Source: Lama guanicoe (lineage: Eukaryota). Taken from it: DNA of 64,000 nucleotides. Each line of letters opens with the position of its first letter. Within the stretch, counting starts at the first letter, position 1. Below are positions 57,370 through 64,000 of this stretch, piece after piece. Made by a program: the position numbers and the translations under genes. The notes beneath the pieces were generated by a model. The model did not search any database. It was given only the letters and a program-made list of their open reading frames with translations, and was not told the origin of the DNA. The stretch covers positions 2,851,374 to 2,915,373 of the forward strand of contig MU054220.1 in assembly GCA_013239625.1 (NCBI GenBank). The letters run 5' to 3'.

Positions 57370-57800
57370 TCTCCCGCACAGCCCTGGCCATCCGGGCGGA
57401 GCGCGGTGCGGAGGCGGCGGCGAAGGCGGCGGCGGCGGAGGGGAAGGAGGCGGGGGCACGGCGGGAGGCCGCTGCGGGGCTGGGGCTGGGGCGGGAGAGG
57501 CCGGCGCACCTGCGCAGGGCAGGGCGCGGCTCCGGACCGCGCACCGCTCTCGGGACTGGCGCTAGCGCCACCGCGCGCGCCCCCGGGCTCTTGCCGGGGT
57601 CTCGTGTGCCCCGCCCCCGTCCCGCCTCCGGGCCCGCGAGCCCCGCCCCTCCCGCGCTCTCCAAGGTGCTGAAGTCGCGGCCCGGCGGCCCCGCCCTAAA
57701 TCCCACACTGACTCCTCTGTACAGTTTGTCCTCCTGCAAAGCCCTCCGTGCCCATGCGGGCCCTGCCCCTCGGGGTGGGCCTAGGGTCTGGGAATCGGGT
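57140..57800 (-). promoter_or_regulatory. MAPK8IP1 CpG-island promoter and 5'UTR
   Basis: Extreme GC/CpG density and multiple GC boxes upstream of ATG 57369. Confidence 0.85.
57653..57673 (-). promoter_or_regulatory. Canonical RE1/NRSE (REST binding site)
   Basis: Minus strand TTCAGCACCTTGGAGAGCGCG versus consensus TTCAGCACCnnGGACAGCGCC; MAPK8IP1 is an established REST target. Confidence 0.88.
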
Positions 57801-57934
57801 TACTAATGGCAGGACCCTGGTTCCCAGGTCCTTAGTTGACCCCCTCACTGCAGACAAAGAAGGAAGTCAGGAAAGGACGGTCGTGAAGGAAGTGCAGAGA
57901 AAGGCTAATGGGTGTTGGGAGTTGGCTCCTAGAG

Positions 57935-58105
57935 CAGATTTGGAATCAGGTGGTGTGAAGTCACATCCTGGCTCTCCAAATGAATAAGTGGTGTGGCTTT
58001 GCATTAGTGACAATAGTCCTAAGATTTGATTTTTCTCATGTGTGAAATGAGGACAATAATGGTCCCTCTCATGGTTGTGAGGATGAAATGTAATACAAAT
58101 GTGTT
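57935..58105 (+). mobile_element. MIR SINE (approximate)
   Basis: ttttctcatgtgtgaaatgaggacaataat...ctcatggttgtgaggatgaaatg. Confidence 0.6.
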
Positions 58106-59959
58106 GTCACTGGAGGCCGGGAATACCCCCACCTCCCAGGATCCAGGTTTCACCCCATCCTGTCCCCTTACCTTGAGGGGACCCTCCCTCCCAAGGATTC
58201 TCCCCATAAAGTCTCCTCTCTAAGGACTGATTCAAGCTCCCTTTCAGTCCCAGACACTTTAAGGTGAACCCTTCATTTTGGCTTCTCCATTTCTCCTCAT
58301 TCATGTCAGGTCTGTCCCAGATTTCTCCTTCTCACTTAGCACCTCAACTGCATTTTCTGTAGAGCATCCCCTCTTTTGTACCCAGACACCCCACAGCTGG
58401 ATTCTTACATTCTAAGACTTGAGGCCTTTTGTTCCCACAGTTGACATCTTGGGATTCTTTTTGTTTTTATGCTTCCCCCAGCACCTCTGCCCCTGCTAAG
58501 TTTGGGCCATGGTTCCTCCTGGTCTTCTCTCCCCTAAGAGGGCTAAGCTTATGAGTTCTTTCACTGAGCATGAACTTCTTGACACTCAGGGTGCTGGCTA
58601 TGGCTAGGCTCCCAGCTGTGGTGGGTCATAGAACCTCTGGCCAAGTCTTACTGGCTTGTCTGACCATCTGAGAGAACCACAGAAGTCCTTTCCTTCTGAA
58701 GAAGCAGCAAACTCATTTACAGCTTGTGGAATCCTATTTGCAAATCTAGACTGCCCACTGGTTGTTCCACCTCCTTTCCGTTCAATGTGGCATCCAGAAA
58801 GGAGCTGTAGGCACCAGCCCTGCAGTAAACAACTCCCAAGCTCCAGTCCCCCAAACATCCCAATATCCAGAGCCAAAGACCTTGGCTGGCTCTCTTCTCC
58901 CTGTCCTTGGGCCCAGAGGGGACACTGTTATCTTTCCTGTCTTGGCTCAGGCTCCTTTGTCAAGACCCACCTGCTGCTATGGTGCTGGCTTTTCCTCCCA
59001 GGAAAGCAGTTTGCCACAGTGCCTAATAATTGTTATTTTTCCTTAGAGTGTATGCTTGTCTCTACCAGGGAGCATTCTCTGGTTAGGAGCATGTATGTGT
59101 GGAGGACAACTCTATCTTCTAGCATATTTTGCTCAAGAACAAAGGTTATCTTAGCTCCCCAGGCCAAGCCAAAGCCACATTAGAAAGAAGCCAGAAGGGA
59201 GAGAGGGAAGGCCAGGTCCAGGTCTCAGTGAGAAGGGGGCCATCAGGAGCTTCAAAGTACAGCTGAGAATAAGATGAGTCCCAGGGTGAAGTTCTTCCTT
59301 TCCCCCTTTCTCTGTGCAAGGCAGCTTGTGATATTCTTGGCCTGGCCTGAACCCCTTCCCACAGGAATTTGGGGTGTGGGCTAACAGATTTCACATCCAG
59401 TGGCCCAAGACTATAAAACTCACAGGAAAGCCTATGCACACCACAGAGGGGGGCCACACTGGCCAGATGGCATGAGACAAAGTCAGCATCCAGGCTCTGG
59501 GCTTGGCTGTGGGCAGATCTGACCATGTAGCCAAAACCAGAGGGCTTGCATCCCCTTTGCACCAAGCAGCTGCGGCTTATGTGGCTGAGTTGAGGTAAAT
59601 AACGGATCGAGGGCCTGGAGAGGGCCCTGCCGACTGCTTGGGGGTTTAAGTGGGCCAAGAGACTGGGTCCCTACAGGACAGCACTCAGGAACCTCATCCC
59701 AGGGCTGGCGTGCTCTGTACCATTCTGGCCAACTGACCCTCAACTCTGCCCAAGCTCTGGAGGAGCCACTAGTCTGTTCCAGTTGCTCAACTGGGAGCCT
59801 TCCCATTCCTCCATCTCCTGTCCCCTCCTCCCTGCCACCTCCAAGGAGGGTGAGAGCCTCCAGGTTCCAGCAGAATTAAGACAGTCTGGCCTAATGCTTC
59901 ACTCAGGCTGAGCCCTACTGCCTCCCAATCCCCAGACCCCCACAAAATTGACATCACAG

Positions 59960-62233
59960 CTTTGCTCAGACAGGATCAGACCTTTATGAAACACGTGAAT
60001 ATTCACAAACTGTGGGAGAAACACCCCTTCCCAGCAACAGAAAATCTCTGAATAAAGTGCATTTGGCCTGCACCCATCTCCTCCCCATGCTGGCCCTTGG
60101 ATCAGGATTTGGGGCAATGCTCTGCTGCAGCAGGTCCCAGGGACACCTGGGCCAGGAGAGGGGAGGCATGAAGCCACAGTGGAGCTCCAGGACACTGGAT
60201 GCACCCTCTTGTCACCCCACCCCTCCCAGCTCTGAGTGGACCACTTCGTTCTACTGGGAATGGGCCAGCATGCTAGGGATGGTGAAGTAGGGGGAGGTGG
60301 TCCTGCCAACTTGGACCTTAGGGAGAGCCATCGTCAAACAGGTAGGAAAAGGGAATCATCCTAACATTTGAAGGTGCTGCTAAATAAATACTGGCTCTGG
60401 CCCTAACCCCTCAGTCTTCTTGGTTTCTCAGACCAGCCCTTCCAGGCCTGCCCTACTCTCCTGGCAACAGTCCTGATTCTCTTTCCTCCTGGCTGGGGCT
60501 CAGGGAACAGTGAGTCCCCCAACCCAATGCTGCGAATACAAACCATTGCGTGCCCTGCTCCCCCTACATGACTACGGAACATTTCTAGTGAGGGTGACAT
60601 ACATACAAGAGTTGGACTCTAAAGGCAGCTCTCTGGCTGAGAAAGCCTGAGGACATCTCAGGAAGAAGCCTGTTGATGTGCTGGACAGATGTGGGAGACA
60701 GGAGCCTGACCCCAGGGTTCTGGTCCTGGGACAGAGGACAGTGGAGGGCAGGGCTGGGGCCAAGGGAAGTAACAGCTATGAGGCCAGGAAAGGTCACAGG
60801 GGAGGTAGAGAGGAGAAGGCCCAGGGGCCAGCTCAATATTACGCGTGAGGACAAAAATCCAAAGAGGCATTGACCTTTTAGCAACATATACACCTGCAGG
60901 TGCGCACACACACGCACACACATACACACACTGTGGCTCAAGTGCAGGCCATGGGATGGAAGGAAGACTTGCTCCAGCTGACCACATCATCCTTCTTTTC
61001 ATTGTGTCCTTCTCAGCACAGACCTCCGACAGCGGGAGGTTTGAGGTGGGAGGCACAGGCTGCTTCTGGAATGCAAGGCCTTGGCTCCTCTGGGTCAAAC
61101 CTCCCACCTGCTGCTTCTAGAAGGGTTGGCGTGCGGGGTGGGGTCTCGGCCGGACCTTTTCCAATTGTCCCTGGCAATCCACCGGCCTAGGTCTTTAATG
61201 TCCACCTACTGGGAGAGCTGACACGGCAGTTTGGATGCTGGTCAGCCCCGGGCAGGCCCTGGAGGCCTCTAGAGTGCAGACCAGAATGGCTTCCCTGGCT
61301 GGGCATCAGCTGACCTTGGTGGTAGCTCTGAGGTGCCACAAAATGTGGCCAGAGGTTTTTCTACCACCAGGAACCTGGCCTCTTCCTGGCAGTGGCACTG
61401 AGTCTCCACAGTGAGCTCTGAGGCTGGCTCTCAGCTTCTGGGGAAGGAACCAGTGAGACTAGGATTCTGTTCCTAACCTCAGGTTTTCAGCTGCGAAAAG
61501 GGAGATGTTCTTAGGCTATTTTCCATTGTACTGTGCATACAGCACTCCAGTCAGGTGCTTGGGTGTACTTCTATACGATGGCAGAGTTTGCAGATCTGTC
61601 TACATCCTCGCGCTCAGTCCCAGCCGCCCAAGGAAGAGTCTGAAGAACCCAGTGGCAGAGAATTTTAAAATAAGAAAGAAGCCAGGCCAGGTGATGATGT
61701 CTGGACCACACCCATCCGCTCCAGCCTGCCCAGCCTCCAGGGTCATAAAGTAGGAACTCAGCAGGACCCCAGGTGCCTCTAAAATCGCATGCTCTGGGCC
61801 AGAGCCTGAAATGATTCCCCGCCCTGCTCCTCAGTCTGATGTGAGGAGGGAGGGAGGAAGTGCTGGGGTCGGGGGACAGATGCCAGAAACCCAGCTAAGG
61901 TCCTACCACGCTTCTACTCAGACAAGGCAGCTGGCTCACAGGGACAGGTCTGGGATGAAAGCCACTGCCATGACCTCCAGCCTGGTGTCCGGAGGCTGAG
62001 GTGAAGCTGCTACAGGTGCTCCTCGAGCCCAGGCAGCATTCAGAACCACACGAGTGTACACAGATGCATGCACACGCAAACAGGCCCCCACTCCTTCCTC
62101 TGCACACGCGCACACACATGCACACATGTTCGCTCCATCTCTGTAGGTGATCAGCTGTTCTGCAGGTTGCACTCTGCTGCCACGGTGGCTGCTCGGGCAC
62201 CCAGGCTTTGCTCACGGAGCCACAGCGCTGCAG
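59960..62233 (-). other. CRY2: CRY2 terminal, non-coding exon (3'UTR); CRY2 coding exons lie beyond the window
   Basis: Acceptor ttgtttttccctttcag|CTGCAGCGCTGTGGCTCCGTGAGCAAAGCCTGGGTGCCCGAGCAGCCACC resembles the recalled start of the human CRY2 3'UTR exon; synteny CRY2-MAPK8IP1; variant PAS CATAAA at 59988-59983 followed by GT-rich sequence. The 3' end is approximate. Confidence 0.75.
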
Positions 62234-62985
62234 CTGAAAGGGAAAAACAAGGGCAAGAAGGAACATTCAGGAGGCGCTCAGTTGCCCAGGGACATGGCTC
62301 CTCTAGCTGCTTCTCTGGGGAACTGGGAAGAGCATAGAGTGAACCGAACAGGCCAAGGTACCTGGGGACAAGGTCGTTAGTGGGATGTCAGCGGGTGCCT
62401 GAACACTGGCTTCTGAGGTGCTGATGCAGGACAAGCTCTCCCCTGTGGACCCTCTGCTCCTCCTCTGCCCCGGGCCTGAGGGCAGCAGGGGAGGAGGGGG
62501 AGAAGGCCACAGACACTCACCTGAGGCCTTGGGTAACACTTGGTCAGATGTGACACAAAGGCAGTTTCTGAATCAAGGCACAGCGGCTGCTGCCAGAGAT
62601 GGAGAATCAGAAAAAAATGGGTTGGATGAGAAGCCAGCCAGGACCAGTAATTTTGGAAGATGAAGGCAATGACTGAGTTTAGAATCAGCCGGTGAGCAAA
62701 TTTCCACATAGAGATAAAAGAACCCTGGCACTGTGCTAGAAGACGGAGGGCTGGAGGGGGACACAAGGATGACTCATCTTAAAGATTTAGAACATTCTGA
62801 ATCTGGGGCAGAGGGAAGACGTGGCTTCATCATAACACTGGGTTGCCTGTTTGAATAGTTCTAGTGCGTCTGAGAGCGTAAAGAGACACGCAGGGTTCAG
62901 TTAAAACTTTGGACGGTTTAAAGGATGGTGAGGCAAATAATAACCAGAAGGATTACTGAGCTTACGGGTCAAGCACTGTACACTT

Positions 62986-63325
62986 GTGATATGGCTGAAT
63001 TGTGTCCCCTCAGAATGTGACTGTTTCTGGAGATAAGATCTTTAAAGAGGTAGTTAAGTTAAAATGAGGTGTTTAGGGTGGGCTCTGATCCCATAAGATT
63101 GGTGTCCTCATGAGAGCAATGAGGACACAGACTCACACAGAGGTGAGACGGAGTGAAGACGATGGGGGATGGTGGCCATCTACAAGCCAAGGAGAGAGGC
63201 CTCGGGAGAAAGCAGCCCTGTCAACGAGTTGTCTCAGACTTCTAGCTCGCAGGACTGTGGGAGAATTTCTGCTGTCTGTCACCTGGTCTGTGGCACTTTG
63301 TTATGGGAGGCCAAACAAACTAACA
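62986..63325 (+). mobile_element. MaLR (MLT1-type) solo LTR
   Basis: tgtgatatggctgaattgtgtcccc...ctttaaagaggtagttaagttaaaatgagg...gccatctacaagccaaggagagaggcctc...ctttgttatgg...aactaaca. Confidence 0.8.
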
Positions 63326-63354
63326 TAGCTGTGATCCCACTGACCCTGAAGATA

Positions 63355-63480
63355 TGGCCTCTGTTCTTACAGATGAGAAAACAGAAGCCAGAGAGGATAA
63401 GGAAGTTGCCCATGACTACCACATTCAGAAGTGGCAGGAAAGCCAGGTCTGTCTGATTCCAAAACCTGTGTTTTTACCAC
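63355..63480 (-). mobile_element. MIR SINE
   Basis: ttacagatgagaaaacagaagccagagaggataaggaagttgccc...gtctgtctgattccaaaacc. Confidence 0.6.
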
Positions 63481-64000
63481 TAGGTAATCTCTATATTATA
63501 GTACTGCTCATGATAACTTTTAGAGGATATAAAAAGAAGGAATTCAACACGGTGGCATGAAGACTAATACGCGAGCAACATAAATGAAGTCCAGATGTTA
63601 ACGGAAAAGGGAAAATGCTCTCAAGGGTCAAAGGCATTGGAGTCAGGGATTGAAAAATCAGTCTTCTGACACATGCAGACCTTTTCAGACAAATGTTAAA
63701 TCTGAAGATTTTATCTGGGTGATGACAGTTCACCTAGAAGCTGGGAAAAGTCAAGAGCAAACAGAAGTGCGTCCCTGCATGGCTCAGTACTGAGTGCCTT
63801 CTTCTTTAAAATATCTTCAACAAGTCTTCCCTTTAAGTCTGGACTATAATAACCTAGCCTAGCCATACTTTTCACTACAAATAATTATATCTGCCACTAA
63901 AGTATATACATGTTTATTGAAACATGCTGACTGGGATATATATTTTATACACAGGTCTCCCTCTGACCACTGTTGTTAAGTCAAAGAGATGATGATTCTT

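Noticed and set aside
57056..57739. 227-aa minus-strand ORF spanning the MAPK8IP1 promoter
   Set aside because: It starts at a non-ATG codon upstream of the likely TSS in a CpG island; only its internal ATG-initiated part is kept, as the uORF finding.

Overview
This is mammalian genomic DNA, most likely a camelid (inferred from a Vic-1-like tRNA-Ala-derived SINE), covering the block syntenic with human 11p11.2. It holds the 3' coding exons and long 3'UTR of PHF21A (+), complete LARGE2/GYLTL1B (-), PEX16 (+), FREY1/C11orf94 (+), MAPK8IP1/JIP1 (-) and the non-coding terminal exon of CRY2 (-). Exon boundaries were walked by hand and give open spliced frames: LARGE2 697 or 726 aa, PEX16 336 aa, FREY1 99 aa, MAPK8IP1 713 aa. 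Nearly all of the supplied ORF track is spurious or is an exon read into introns. I found no support for a wholly new gene system. The notable signals are in RNA processing and regulation: a sterically enforced, mutually exclusive PHF21A microexon; an in-frame retainable intron and a GC-AG intron in LARGE2; a U12 intron in PEX16; and an alternative MAPK8IP1 first exon whose ATG lies inside a split RE1-like site. Also seen are a ~110-bp imperfect palindrome of paired X-box motifs, a tailless tRNA-Arg retropseudogene nested in an L1, a bidirectional poly(A) cassette between PHF21A and LARGE2, and an anomalous PHF21A acceptor lacking 3 codons. Comparisons to human and mouse proteins are from recall, not database searches.
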